36,707 nucleotides of DNA from Cryomorphaceae bacterium (GTDB taxonomy: Bacteria > Bacteroidota > Bacteroidia > Flavobacteriales > Schleiferiaceae), in NCBI GenBank assembly GCA_949486955.1, contig CATAPZ010000008.1, positions 1-36,707 of the forward strand, written 5' to 3'. Below the pieces are notes generated by a model that did not search any database, was not told the origin of the DNA, and saw only the letters and a list, made by a program, of their open reading frames with translations. Below, in pieces: positions 1-10,131 of this stretch. The translations under genes and the position numbers were made by a program. Numbering within the stretch: position 1 is the stretch's first letter; the number at the start of each line of letters is the position of its first letter.

Positions 1-5
1 GCAGA

Positions 6-791
6 ATGGATTCTACCTACAGTATTACCTTAGATGAAATGGGTAATGGACAGAATGTGTCTTTGACCATAACACACGATTCCATACAAGAGGATAACCT
101 TTACTATTGGCACCCTACTACACAGTCTCGTCGATTGATACTTACAAACAAAGTAGCATTACCTTTAAATGAGTTTATAAGCCCCAAAGATTCTGTGGTT
201 CAATACAGCAGTGATCTGGCGATAAATTACGGAGTATTCAATACGGTCGTGCTGCTTGGATTTGATTTTATTCCTCCTTCACTCCATGGATATACTGGCA
301 AGTTGGTACAATTTTCAAAGGGTATTCAAAATATAGTGAGTGGTACGACCATCCCAGAGTTGAACCACCCATTCTTTACGAACTTCTTCATTGGCCCTTC
401 ACTTCAAAATGCATGGCCAGAAGTATCGAGTTATAACGAACTTGGGGAAGACCATGAGCCACTATTACGGCTTAATGGAGCTGTTGTTGCTTCTTTAAGC
501 GATCGGTTATTTAAGCAAGGTTTCATACCCAAGGATTGGACTCATCCCTTCTACAGAGCTATTAATCAATGGTCCTTGGGAAGCGGCAGGCGCATCGAAT
601 ATGTGCCTTTCTTAGGTTCTGATTTTTACGAATCAAACATTAAACTCAATGGTATTGACGTGATTGATAAACCTGAAAGTGAGTATTCACAGGGGTTTGC
701 AGTGAATTTACACAATGAAAAATTGTACTTGCTGTTGGCGTTGCTTTGCGCGCTAATTGCGCTTATTTTTGTCAAAATCTCATCTCGATGA
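6..791 (+). CDS. hypothetical protein with C-terminal membrane anchor; probably 5'-truncated by the window edge
   Basis: 261-aa ORF whose frame stays open to position 3. The last ~22 residues (LYLLLALLCALIALIFVKISSR) form one hydrophobic helix. Its TGA overlaps the ATG of the next gene (ATGA at 788-791). No family recognised by eye. Confidence 0.5.
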   Translation: MDSTYSITLDEMGNGQNVSLTITHDSIQEDNLYYWHPTTQSRRLILTNKVALPLNEFISPKDSVVQYSSDLAINYGVFNTVVLLGFDFIPPSLHGYTGKLVQFSKGIQNIVSGTTIPELNHPFFTNFFIGPSLQNAWPEVSSYNELGEDHEPLLRLNGAVVASLSDRLFKQGFIPKDWTHPFYRAINQWSLGSGRRIEYVPFLGSDFYESNIKLNGIDVIDKPESEYSQGFAVNLHNEKLYLLLALLCALIALIFVKISSR

Positions 792-2041
792 AGCTTCTAT
801 TTAAAAACGCACAAATCATTGATGTTAAAAGTCCTTACAACGGACAGGAGCTCGACATTCTTGTCAATGATGAACAAATAGAAGCCATAGGAAATCTCTC
901 AACGGAACAAGCTGAAGGTGTCATAGACCTTAAAGGTTGTTGGCTAACCACTGGTTTTGCAGAATTACACTCGGATTTGGGGGAACCAGGTAACGAGGAA
1001 TCTGAGGATTTGGTAAGCGGTTCGGCAGCGGCAGCTTCTGGCGGCTTTACTGCGGTCGGTGTTGTTAGTAACGGTCACCCACATTATGAAAGCAAAACAG
1101 GTGTTGAGTTTATACTGAATAAATCAGAATCACTACCAATACACTTGGTGCCAGTAGGAACCTTGTCTAAAGGTCGTAAGGGAGAAGAGCTCAGCGAGAT
1201 GTTCGAAATGAACCAATTGGGCACCCATCTATTTGGTGACTACAAGCAAGGAGTTTCGAATGCCAATCTTCTGAAATTAGGGCTTTTGTACACCAAGCCC
1301 TTTGGTCGATTAATGGTTCACCCTGAGAATCACGAGTTAAGTGCGAACGGTAAAATGCATGAAGGTGCGACAAGCACTTACATTGGGTTAAAGGGTATTC
1401 CAGTAGTTTCAGAAAGTACACAGATACAACGCGATTTAAGTATTCTTGAATATACCGAAGGTGCGATGCACATTGCCTCAGTCAGTACTGTTGAGGGCGT
1501 GGAGTGTATTCGAGACGCCAAATCCAAAGGATTAAATGTCACAGCAAGTGTCAATATTCACCACCTAATCTTCACTGATGAGGATTTAGAAAACTACAAT
1601 ACTGCACTAAAGGTATCCCCTCCTATCCGGACAGATGTTGAGCGTAGTGTTTTGTGGGAAGCCGTTGTAGACGGGACGATAGATTGTATTGCTGTCGATC
1701 ATCTTCCCAAGGACATTGAGCAAAAGCAATGTGAGTTTGACAATGCTGAATTTGGAATGGCCGGGTTGGAAGGTGCTGTGAGTGCGTTATTAGATCGATA
1801 CGAGGTTTCAAAAGAACTCTTGCAAGAGAAGCTGAGTACAGTGCCTAGGTCATTATTGAATCTTCCGGAATTAACCATTCAAGAAGGTGCAACGGCAGAA
1901 TTTACAATCATCACCTCTGGGAGCGAACAGATCACAGCCATGGGGTCTAAAGCTTTTAACAATCCATTTAAAGGGTTGGATGTAAATAACTTTGTTAAAG
2001 GTGTTTACGTGAAGGGTAGTTATTTGTCACTCCACGCTTAA
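788..2041 (+). CDS. dihydroorotase-like amidohydrolase (class I DHOase fold, metal-ligand motifs degenerate)
   Basis: ORF track gives 746..2041. I prefer ATG 788 because MKLLFKNAQIID is a typical DHOase N-terminus and it forms an ATGA overlap with the upstream stop. Collinear with class I PyrC: GFAELHSDLGEPG (cf. DxHxHxREPG), MVHPEN, MHIASVST, TASVNIHHL, VSPPIR, AVDHLP. Confidence 0.8.
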   Translation: MKLLFKNAQIIDVKSPYNGQELDILVNDEQIEAIGNLSTEQAEGVIDLKGCWLTTGFAELHSDLGEPGNEESEDLVSGSAAAASGGFTAVGVVSNGHPHYESKTGVEFILNKSESLPIHLVPVGTLSKGRKGEELSEMFEMNQLGTHLFGDYKQGVSNANLLKLGLLYTKPFGRLMVHPENHELSANGKMHEGATSTYIGLKGIPVVSESTQIQRDLSILEYTEGAMHIASVSTVEGVECIRDAKSKGLNVTASVNIHHLIFTDEDLENYNTALKVSPPIRTDVERSVLWEAVVDGTIDCIAVDHLPKDIEQKQCEFDNAEFGMAGLEGAVSALLDRYEVSKELLQEKLSTVPRSLLNLPELTIQEGATAEFTIITSGSEQITAMGSKAFNNPFKGLDVNNFVKGVYVKGSYLSLHA

Positions 2042-2820
2042 TTAAAGTATATCTCTAGTCCGTCATAGGACAAGTACATATTTTCTGGCAGTTTACTGGA
2101 TACTGTTTCGTGTAGTCCCATATAGTGACTCATGTGGATGAAGTACGTTTGTTTTGCACCAATTTTCTTCGCTTGTTCGACGGCCTGTTCAAGCGTGTAA
2201 TGACTGAAGTGGTCTCTGTGGTGCAACGCATCAATAACCAATACGTCTAAGCCTTCAAGCAATTTATACGTTGGTTCCGGAATGTGATTCGTGTCTGTCA
2301 AATAGGCCATCCCCCCTATCCGATATCCCAAGATAGGGAGTCGTCCGTGAATTACTGGAAGAGATTGAATATCAATCCCTTTCACACTAAATTTTTGACG
2401 ATCTTCTAGTGGAATAGCATGGATCCGAGGTGCTCCGGGATATGGCTGCGGCTCAAATGCATAGTCGTATACCTTCTTAATCCTATTTATGACCCTTTGT
2501 TGACCGTAAATCAACATTTCACTACCTGTTCTAAAGATTATCGGACGGGTATCATCCAAACCAGCAATGTGATCTTGGTGCTCGTGAGTAAATAGCACGG
2601 CATCTACATGAGTCAGCTCTGCATTGAGCATCTGCTGCCTAAAATCGGGTCCTGTATCTATTTGAAGATGTACACCATCATATGTGATATGCACCGAACT
2701 TCTACTACGATGATCCTTGGGGTTTAAACTTGTGCAGACCTCACAAGAACAGCCTATGACAGGTACGCCTTGGGAGGTTCCTGTACCTAAGAAATATAGT
2801 GTTCCACTTTTCTTGCTCAT
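2038..2820 (-). CDS. MBL-fold metallo-hydrolase (PhnP-like)
   Basis: HxHxDH motif in FTHEHQDHIAGLDD. N-terminal CxCxxC cluster (GCSCEVC) as in PhnP-type beta-lactamase-fold phosphodiesterases. 260 aa. Confidence 0.8.
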   Translation of the reverse strand: MSKKSGTLYFLGTGTSQGVPVIGCSCEVCTSLNPKDHRSRSSVHITYDGVHLQIDTGPDFRQQMLNAELTHVDAVLFTHEHQDHIAGLDDTRPIIFRTGSEMLIYGQQRVINRIKKVYDYAFEPQPYPGAPRIHAIPLEDRQKFSVKGIDIQSLPVIHGRLPILGYRIGGMAYLTDTNHIPEPTYKLLEGLDVLVIDALHHRDHFSHYTLEQAVEQAKKIGAKQTYFIHMSHYMGLHETVSSKLPENMYLSYDGLEIYFN

Positions 2821-2914
2821 TTGGTCTACTTTTTGCGCATTTTCCCATAGAAAACGCTCTAATCGAAGTTAGGAAGTTTTAAATTAGCACCAAGAACTAA
2901 TCTCAGCAGGATTA

Positions 2915-4342
2915 ATGACGCCAAGAACCATCCATACCACTGCGCAGAAAGCGCTAAAAATCAATCTTAACTCAGACATCTACGGCACTTTCGCGGAAAT
3001 TGGCGCGGGTCAAGAGACAGTTCGTGAGTTTTTTAGAGCCGGTGCTGCTTCAGGTACAATTGCAAAAGCAATGAGCGCTTATGATAAGGCATTCTCAGAT
3101 GATATCTATGGTATTGAAGAGGACAAGCGCTACGTCACTCAGAGTAGGCTGCAGAAAATGCTCCGTCACGAATACGGTTTGATCGAAAAGCGTCTTGACA
3201 GAGCTAAGCATCCTAGTAAGACCTACTTTGCATATGCTAATACAGTTGCCACTATAAACTTTGCCAAGACATTTAAGGGTCATGGGTGGATGGGGATTCG
3301 TTTTCAGACGGCACCAACGAAAGAAACCAATGATATTATTTTACATTTTCGTTTACACGAAAACGAGGCTAAGCATCAGCAAGAAACAGTTGGACGTCTA
3401 GGTACTAATCTCATATATGGAGCTTACAAGTTCTATGATGACCCAAAGCTTTTTCTAGAGAGCCTCTACGACAATATTGATAAAGACGCTATTGAGATTG
3501 ATTTGATCAACTTTAATGGCCCTGATTTCGCTCAAGTAGATAATCGTTTGATGTCTCTTCAATTGATTAAAAACGGTTACACTGATGCAGTCATTTTTGG
3601 ACCAGAAGGGAACAACTTGTTACCGGCTGAATTGCTTTATAAAAAGCATGTACTGGCAATGCGTGGTTCTTTTAGGCCTGTAACCAAGGTAAATATGGAC
3701 ATGATTAAGTGTGGCTATGACATGTTTACCAACGATAAAAAGGTCGATTCAGATAGAACCGTTGTATTGTGGGAAATCACCTTGAATAACTTGTTGGCTG
3801 ACGGAGAACTCGATGAACAAGACTTCTTGGACAGGGCGGAAATCTTATGTGCCTTGGGTCAAACAGTTCTGATTTCGAATTATCAAGAGTATTATAAGCT
3901 CGTAGATTACTTTGGCCGTTTCTCCAAAAAGCGCCAAGGATTGGTGATGGGTGTAAATAACCTTACCGAGTTGTTTAAGGACAAATACTACCGCGGCTTG
4001 CAGGGTGGTATTTTAGAAGCATTTGGACGTATTTTCTCCAAGGATTTGAAGATTCTCGTGTATCCTTTTATAGATCATGACAATGAAGAGAAAATCATGC
4101 GTAAAGAAGATGCAGAAGTACATCCTCGTTTTAGACCAATCATCAACTATCTCATCTTCCACAATAGAATTCTCGATATCGAAGACTTCGATCACGACAT
4201 TACCAACATATTCTCGCGAGAGGTATTAAATCAAATACGCGCTGGTGAGGAAGGTTGGTCAGATTGTCTGCCGGAATATGTACATCACGTAATTCGAGAC
4301 AAAAAACTCTTCGGATATACAGGCGAAGCTCAAGAAGCTTAA
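2915..4342 (+). CDS. conserved hypothetical protein, cytoplasmic, function unknown
   Basis: Long clean 475-aa ORF with no signal peptide or TM segment and no catalytic motif I can name. N-terminal FAEIGAGQETVREFF block. I recall homologues in Bacteroidota carrying inconsistent annotations. Confidence 0.7.
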   Translation: MTPRTIHTTAQKALKINLNSDIYGTFAEIGAGQETVREFFRAGAASGTIAKAMSAYDKAFSDDIYGIEEDKRYVTQSRLQKMLRHEYGLIEKRLDRAKHPSKTYFAYANTVATINFAKTFKGHGWMGIRFQTAPTKETNDIILHFRLHENEAKHQQETVGRLGTNLIYGAYKFYDDPKLFLESLYDNIDKDAIEIDLINFNGPDFAQVDNRLMSLQLIKNGYTDAVIFGPEGNNLLPAELLYKKHVLAMRGSFRPVTKVNMDMIKCGYDMFTNDKKVDSDRTVVLWEITLNNLLADGELDEQDFLDRAEILCALGQTVLISNYQEYYKLVDYFGRFSKKRQGLVMGVNNLTELFKDKYYRGLQGGILEAFGRIFSKDLKILVYPFIDHDNEEKIMRKEDAEVHPRFRPIINYLIFHNRILDIEDFDHDITNIFSREVLNQIRAGEEGWSDCLPEYVHHVIRDKKLFGYTGEAQEA

Positions 4343-5649
4343 GCGTTCGCCAAAGCTGTCTTAAATCGGTCTAAACATCTTTCTCTAGCCCATTTGTGCT
4401 CAACAATAGGCTCTGGATATTGGGTTGTACCATATTCTGGAACCCAGCGTTTGACATACTTTAGTTGTTTGTCAAACTTCTCAAGTTGAGACGTAGGATT
4501 GAATACTCTGAAATATGGTGCGGCATCTAAACCCGATCCACTAGCCCATTGCCAACCACCTATATTACTAGCCAAATCAAAATCCAATAACTTTTCTGCG
4601 AAGTAGCGCTCCCCTAGTCTCCAATCTATAAGTAAATGCTTCGTTAGAAAACTAGCAACAATCATTCGGACACGATTGTGCATATAGCCTGTAGTGTTCA
4701 ATTCCCGCATACCTGCATCAACAATTGGATATCCTGTCCTACCCTCACACCAAGCTTTGAAATGTTCCATATTGGTTTCCCACGGAATAAGGTCATATTT
4801 TGGTTTGATGGCCTTTTCTCGACTCTCCGGAAAATAATACAAAGCCATTTGAAAGAAATCTCTCCATATGAGTTCGTTGACGAAGGTGTCATTACCGACA
4901 AGACCTTTACGCAGAAGGCTTCGCACGGAGATTGATCCGAATCTTAAGTGCATACCAAGTCTAGTCGTTCCCTTTTCATTGGCAGGGAAATTACGAGTAG
5001 CATCGTACGTCTTAATAATACTCTCGTCTACTCTGGATGACGGCAATGAAACCTCAGTACATGTAAAGCCCATAGACTCTAATGACGGAATAGCTATTGG
5101 CTGTTGTTTGAAGAAACTCTTGAAATACTTGGTATTGGGATAAGCTTTAGCATGGTAGTGGGTCAGTTTCTTGCGCCAGGCCTTACCATAAGGACTAAAT
5201 ACTAAATACGGCGTACCGTCGCCTTTCACTACTTCGTTCTTTTCGAAAACGACATGATCTTTCGCCCCGACCACGGGAATTTCATGCTCACTCCAGAATT
5301 TGAAAATATCTTCATCTCGCTCACGAGCATAGGGTTCATAGTCACGATTCAGAAATACACTTTTTACAGTATACGTTTGATTAAGAATTTTCATGGCCTC
5401 TGCTGGCGTACCATAGAATGCGTGTAAGGAGCTACCTATCCCTGTTAACTGGTCTTGCAACTCGGTTAATCGTTGATGTAAAAACGACACTCGAGCATCA
5501 GATTTATCCTCAAGTTTATCCAATATGTTTCTATCAAAAATAAAAATAGGCACCACTGGATGCCCACTTTTCAGCGCTTTCCAAAGTCCGGCGTTGTCTT
5601 CCAGTCTAAGGTCGCGTCTAAACCAAAAAATACTTACTTCTTTCATCAT
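4339..5649 (-). CDS. phrB: cryptochrome/photolyase family protein (deoxyribodipyrimidine photo-lyase or Cry-DASH)
   Basis: N-terminal [19 protein letters not shown]-binding block [31 protein letters not shown]...[30 protein letters not shown]. The ATG overlaps the folE stop (ATGA). The subclass cannot be set by eye. Confidence 0.85.
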   Translation of the reverse strand: MMKEVSIFWFRRDLRLEDNAGLWKALKSGHPVVPIFIFDRNILDKLEDKSDARVSFLHQRLTELQDQLTGIGSSLHAFYGTPAEAMKILNQTYTVKSVFLNRDYEPYARERDEDIFKFWSEHEIPVVGAKDHVVFEKNEVVKGDGTPYLVFSPYGKAWRKKLTHYHAKAYPNTKYFKSFFKQQPIAIPSLESMGFTCTEVSLPSSRVDESIIKTYDATRNFPANEKGTTRLGMHLRFGSISVRSLLRKGLVGNDTFVNELIWRDFFQMALYYFPESREKAIKPKYDLIPWETNMEHFKAWCEGRTGYPIVDAGMRELNTTGYMHNRVRMIVASFLTKHLLIDWRLGERYFAEKLLDFDLASNIGGWQWASGSGLDAAPYFRVFNPTSQLEKFDKQLKYVKRWVPEYGTTQYPEPIVEHKWARERCLDRFKTALANA

Positions 5650-6344
5650 CTAAATGACTCGAGAAATGCTTTTTTGTTCATGTCTTTTTCAAATTCTCCA
5701 TGGAAGGACATCGTAATAGTCGAACTACCGTCATCTTCAATACCTCTAGTTTTTACACACATGTGATCAGCTTCAAGGTAGACAGCAACATCATTAGTAC
5801 CTAGACCGTCCATTAATGCCTCTGCTATTTGCCTGGTAAGTCGTTCTTGAACCTGTGGTCGCTTGGCATAGTGTCTAACAATACGGTTCAACTTACTAAG
5901 GCCAACAACGCTGCCGTTCGGAATGTAGGCGACGTGACACTTCCCAATAATTGGTACGAAATGATGCTCACAGTGCGAATGGACTTTGATGTCCTTTTCA
6001 ATGAGCATTTCATTGTATTCAAACTTGTTGGAGAACAACTTCATCTCTGGCTTATTATCGGGATTAAGACCCGCAAAAGCTTCCTTAACGTACATTTTAG
6101 CAACGCGCAAAGGCGTGCCGTTTAAGCTATCGTCATTTAGATCAAGTCCTAAGATGTCCATGATATCACGGAATTTTTCAGCGATCAAACTGATTTTCTC
6201 ATCTTCTGACATATCGAAGGCGTCAGAACGCAGTGGAGTGTCTATTGAAGTGCCTAAATGAGCTTCTACCAACTGTTCTAATTGCTCAGCAGTGTAGCCC
6301 TTTTCGTGGTGTGTCATAATACTTTTATTTGCCGCTGTATTCAA
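5646..6344 (-). CDS. folE: GTP cyclohydrolase I
   Basis: [15 protein letters not shown] active-site block and RPQVQERLT motif. The start could be 6344 (20-nt overlap with the upstream gene) or the in-frame ATG at 6317. Confidence 0.9.
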   Translation of the reverse strand: MNTAANKSIMTHHEKGYTAEQLEQLVEAHLGTSIDTPLRSDAFDMSEDEKISLIAEKFRDIMDILGLDLNDDSLNGTPLRVAKMYVKEAFAGLNPDNKPEMKLFSNKFEYNEMLIEKDIKVHSHCEHHFVPIIGKCHVAYIPNGSVVGLSKLNRIVRHYAKRPQVQERLTRQIAEALMDGLGTNDVAVYLEADHMCVKTRGIEDDGSSTITMSFHGEFEKDMNKKAFLESFR

Positions 6345-6735
6345 CGTAGTTACGTGGCGTCTCGTAAAGCGTCACTTTTAATTCTAAGTCAGTATTGAGT
6401 ACGATTCTCAACCTAGTCCATATAACATAAGCTATATGCTCTGCGGTAGGATTTAGCGTTTTAAACTCCTCTACTTGTACGTTCAGATTTTTGTGATCTA
6501 GATAGTCTTCCACCTCTTTTTTAATATGATCTCGGAGGACTTTCATATCTATGAGATACCCAGTCTTAGGGTCGACTTCCCCTGTAACATGAACGATGAG
6601 TTCATAGTTGTGACCGTGATAATACTCATTATTGCACTTCCCAAAAGTGGCTGCGTTTTCAGCAGTGCTCAATTCAGGATTATGCAACCTGTGTGCGGCA
6701 TTAAAATGTGCTCTTCTACATACCGTGATTCTCAT
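6325..6735 (-). CDS. 6-pyruvoyl-tetrahydropterin synthase (COG0720, PTPS-II-like)
   Basis: 136 aa. [26 protein letters not shown] (Cx5HGH), LDHKNL and the C-terminal [14 protein letters not shown] closely follow animal PTPS as I remember it. Confidence 0.85.
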   Translation of the reverse strand: MRITVCRRAHFNAAHRLHNPELSTAENAATFGKCNNEYYHGHNYELIVHVTGEVDPKTGYLIDMKVLRDHIKKEVEDYLDHKNLNVQVEEFKTLNPTAEHIAYVIWTRLRIVLNTDLELKVTLYETPRNYVEYSGK

Positions 6736-7246
6736 TATGCCAATACTTTAAGAATCGGTCATAGATGATTTTGAACCACTCAGTGTACTTCTCGGGATGA
6801 GCTTTCATGTCTTCAGCCACCCAATCCACTGATTTCCAATCAAAACTATCGACCTCTTCAGGGTTAATATTTGGATCTTCGTTGTAACGGGCAATGAGGA
6901 CATGGTCTAGCTCATGCTCTGTTAAATCATTGTCCAACTCTGCTTTGTAGATAAATGAAAAAATACGTTTGACCGAACAGGTAAAACCCATCTCTTCCAT
7001 CAATCTTCTTGTGGCAGCTTCTTCCACAGTTTCCCCATCTCTAGGATGAGAACAGCACGTATTCGTCCAAAGCCCACCACTATGGTACTTATGTAGAGCA
7101 CGTCTTTGAAGTAAAATTTCGTTGTTGTCGTTCATGGCGAAAACAGAGAATGCACGGTGCAGTTTCGCCTTTCGGTGCGCTTCCATTTTCTCCATCAGCC
7201 CAATCGGATTATCGTCCGAATCGACCAGGATAACTTGTTCAAGCAT
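6716..7246 (-). CDS. idi: isopentenyl-diphosphate delta-isomerase, type 1 (Nudix)
   Basis: TNTCCSHP catalytic Cys motif, a Nudix-like EEAATRRLMEEMG block, 176 aa. Confidence 0.85.
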   Translation of the reverse strand: MLEQVILVDSDDNPIGLMEKMEAHRKAKLHRAFSVFAMNDNNEILLQRRALHKYHSGGLWTNTCCSHPRDGETVEEAATRRLMEEMGFTCSVKRIFSFIYKAELDNDLTEHELDHVLIARYNEDPNINPEEVDSFDWKSVDWVAEDMKAHPEKYTEWFKIIYDRFLKYWHNENHGM

Positions 7247-7255
7247 TATAATATG

Positions 7256-8092
7256 TTAAATCCAGTTTATGGTGTGTCTAACGTACGAACTTAAAAACAA
7301 TCCGTACTTCCTTTTGTTCGAAATACGCACACGCTCATTCAAAATGATATCTGCATGTGTATTACAAATCTTCTTGAATAGACTGTAGTAATATACGTAT
7401 GCTATATAGACCCCAAATCGTGCTCCTTTCGGAAGTTGTTTAATCCCTTCGTATCCTGCCTTAAAGTCAATGTCTATATCGGCCTCAATCTCAGCTTTTA
7501 CCCGCTCGTTAAATTCATTTAAGTCTACTCCTGGAAAATATGTTCTTCCCAAAGCATGGTAATCAGCGTGTAAATCTCTTAGGAAATTAATCTTCTGGAA
7601 GGCAGAACCTAACTGCATTGCAGGCTTTTTAAGCTCTTGGTATCGTTTCTCATTGCCATCAACAAAAACCTTCAGACACATGAGTCCAACTACTTCGGCA
7701 CTACCTAGGATGTATGCCTTATAACCTTCCTCGTCATAATCGTTTTTGTACAAATCCATTTCCATGGACTTCAAGAATGTTTCGATTAGATCTCTATCAA
7801 TATCAAAAGCATTCACCACTTGCTGAAAACTATTAAGTATAGGATTCAAACTGATCTTCTCGTCTAGTGCCAGATAAGTATCTTTCCAGAAGCGTTCAAG
7901 CAATTCTTTCTGAGGGTAGTCCTCGAACGTATCAACGATTTCGTCTGCGAATCTAACGAAGCCATAGATAGCATATATGGGATCGTGGTACTTCTTATCA
8001 AGACCTAGAATACCGAGAGAGAACGACGTACTATACGCTTTAGTCGTCATTCTTGATGTGCGAATACTTACGCTGTCAAAGAGTGCTTTCAT
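7256..8092 (-). CDS. crtB: phytoene synthase
   Basis: Squalene/phytoene synthase fold with two Asp-rich motifs (FADEIVD and [10 protein letters not shown]). ATGA overlap with the crtI stop. Confidence 0.85.
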   Translation of the reverse strand: MKALFDSVSIRTSRMTTKAYSTSFSLGILGLDKKYHDPIYAIYGFVRFADEIVDTFEDYPQKELLERFWKDTYLALDEKISLNPILNSFQQVVNAFDIDRDLIETFLKSMEMDLYKNDYDEEGYKAYILGSAEVVGLMCLKVFVDGNEKRYQELKKPAMQLGSAFQKINFLRDLHADYHALGRTYFPGVDLNEFNERVKAEIEADIDIDFKAGYEGIKQLPKGARFGVYIAYVYYYSLFKKICNTHADIILNERVRISNKRKYGLFLSSYVRHTINWI

Positions 8093-9576
8093 ACCGCTTT
8101 CTTTATTTGATAGTCCTTCGCGATTTCTTTACTTACAACTTCCCCACTAATCAAGCATGGAGGAACTCCAGGTCCAGGCGTAGTAAGTTGTCCAGCGAAG
8201 TACAAATTGCTCACTTTTTTACTCTTCAGTCTAGGCTTAAGAATTGCGGTTTGGTCTAATGTGTTGGCAAGGCCGTATGCGTTGCCTTTAAAACTGTTGT
8301 ATTCTGATTTAAAATCCTGATATGCAAAACTCCGTTTTACCACTACCCTGTCACGAATTGAGGAACCGGTAAATTCTTCAAGACGATCCATCATCAAGTT
8401 ATAATATTTTTCGCGGACTTCCTCTGTATCACCATCCATTCCAGGAGCCGTTGGCATGAGCAGGAACATATTTTCACAGCCCTCGGGCGCTACACTTGAA
8501 TCTGTTTTTGACGGAGCACTAGCATAGAAAAGAGGTTTTGTAGGCCATTTAGGGTCTGTATAAATCTCATGTGCATGCTGATCCAATTCATGGTCGAAAA
8601 ACAGGTTGTGATGCAAGACGTTGGGTACTTCACCTTTAATACCCAAATAATAGAGTAATGATGAAGGAGCCATCTTGCGTTTGTTCCAATATTCTGGAGT
8701 GTATTCCCTGTATTCAGGAGAACTGATGACCTGATCAATATGATGGTAATCAGCACCTCCCACAACAATATCTGCGGTAAATGAACCTCCTTTAGTCAAT
8801 ACACTAACTATTCGATTATTTGAATATTTGAATCCTGTTACTTCCGCTGATGTTCTGAATTTCACCCCCTGCTCCTTAGCAACACGAACCATTCCTTGTA
8901 TAATTTCGTTCATACCGTTCATGGGATACCAAGTCCCCAACGACATATCGGCGTAATTCATTAAGCTGTACAGTGCTGGCGTATTTTGCGGTAAGGCACC
9001 AAGAAATAAAACAGGGAATTCAAGGATTGCCTTGAGTTTAGGATGCGAGCTTACTTCTGCAACATGCTTCCGAATGTCTTTGAGCATATCCAACTGAAAC
9101 AGACCTTTGACAATCCTCAAGTCCATAAATTCTGTTAGAGAGCGCCCTGGACGAAAAACAAGATCCTTAATACCAACTTCGTATTTGTAAGCACCTTGCT
9201 TCAAAAACTTACGCAAACGTAACCCTGATCCAGGGTCTAATCTATCGAACATGGCTTCAAGCGCTTCCATGTCGGCGCTTTGGTCCTCATGATCGTTTGG
9301 ACCAAACACCACACGATAAGAAGGATCCAATCGTATTAAGTTATAGAGGTCTTCTACCTTGGTGTCGAATTCTGAAAAGTAGCGTTCGAATACATCAGGC
9401 ATCCAATACCAACTTGGTCCCATATCGAAAGTGAAACCGTCTTTTTTCCACGAGCGTGCTCGTCCTCCAAGTTGGTCGTTTTTCTCTAGGACAGTAACAT
9501 CGTACCCTTCACGGGCTAAAAAGGATGCGGCACTTAGGCCTGCAAACCCAGAACCAATGACAATAACTGATTTCAT
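8089..9576 (-). CDS. crtI: phytoene desaturase
   Basis: N-terminal FAD Rossmann motif [15 protein letters not shown]-terminal CrtI-family block [20 protein letters not shown]. 495 aa. Confidence 0.9.
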   Translation of the reverse strand: MKSVIVIGSGFAGLSAASFLAREGYDVTVLEKNDQLGGRARSWKKDGFTFDMGPSWYWMPDVFERYFSEFDTKVEDLYNLIRLDPSYRVVFGPNDHEDQSADMEALEAMFDRLDPGSGLRLRKFLKQGAYKYEVGIKDLVFRPGRSLTEFMDLRIVKGLFQLDMLKDIRKHVAEVSSHPKLKAILEFPVLFLGALPQNTPALYSLMNYADMSLGTWYPMNGMNEIIQGMVRVAKEQGVKFRTSAEVTGFKYSNNRIVSVLTKGGSFTADIVVGGADYHHIDQVISSPEYREYTPEYWNKRKMAPSSLLYYLGIKGEVPNVLHHNLFFDHELDQHAHEIYTDPKWPTKPLFYASAPSKTDSSVAPEGCENMFLLMPTAPGMDGDTEEVREKYYNLMMDRLEEFTGSSIRDRVVVKRSFAYQDFKSEYNSFKGNAYGLANTLDQTAILKPRLKSKKVSNLYFAGQLTTPGPGVPPCLISGEVVSKEIAKDYQIKKAV

Positions 9577-9598
9577 GTGATAAGGCGGTAGGCTGTGA

Positions 9599-10105
9599 TT
9601 AGTGGCGTTGATCGGCGAGCTTTTCCATCATTTTCTTACGAGCTAAGAAAATTCGGGATTTAACTGTTCCCAGAGGAATGTTAAAGTGTTCAGCAATTTC
9701 CTCGTACTTGTAACCTTCATAATGCATGAAAAATGCTTCTGTGTAATGTGGCTCAATGGAATTAATTTGTTCCATAATGTAGTCGTTATCCACATTCGCG
9801 TCGGTAAGAGTCGTTCTACTTGCCTCCTTGCTATTCAGAAAAAACTGGCTTTCAGTTTCATCAACAAAAGTGTTTTGTTGCTTTTTACGACGATAGTTAT
9901 TGATAAAGGTATTCTTCATGATGGTATACAACCATCCCTTGAGATTCGTCCCTGTAGCGAACTTATCTTTATTTTTAAGTGCCTTGAAATATGTATCCTG
10001 GATTAAGTCCTGGGCATCGTCGTGACGCTTGGTCAACTTCATTGCTAACTGATGCAAAAAGTCGTGCTCACGATCAATTAATTCTCCAAATTCTGCGGTT
10101 GACAT
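9599..10105 (-). CDS. RNA polymerase sigma factor, ECF (sigma-70 group 4) family
   Basis: Region 2 ([16 protein letters not shown]...[16 protein letters not shown]) and region 4 HTH ([26 protein letters not shown]). ORF track extends to 10153, but an exact TAACTTTG -7 box lies inside that extension, so ATG 10105 (MSTAEF...) is preferred. Confidence 0.8.
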   Translation of the reverse strand: MSTAEFGELIDREHDFLHQLAMKLTKRHDDAQDLIQDTYFKALKNKDKFATGTNLKGWLYTIMKNTFINNYRRKKQQNTFVDETESQFFLNSKEASRTTLTDANVDNDYIMEQINSIEPHYTEAFFMHYEGYKYEEIAEHFNIPLGTVKSRIFLARKKMMEKLADQRH

Positions 10106-10131
10106 AAAGACAATGTTTAAGGTTGCTTCCT

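Noticed and set aside
746-787. N-terminal extension of the DHOase-like ORF (MRANCAYFCQNLIS...).
   Set aside because: It overlaps the previous gene's hydrophobic C-terminus in another frame. ATG 788 gives the canonical DHOase N-terminus and an ATGA coupling junction.
4678-6261. Cluster of 67-98-aa ORFs on both strands inside the photolyase and folE genes.
   Set aside because: They are shadow ORFs of clearly identified genes. They overlap each other and show no independent start context or motifs.
6325-6735. Calling the COG0720 protein QueD (queuosine pathway).
   Set aside because: The motif is Cx5HGH with an animal-PTPS-like C-terminus rather than the Cx3HGH I associate with QueD, and no queC/queE genes are nearby. 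The question is kept open in the findings.
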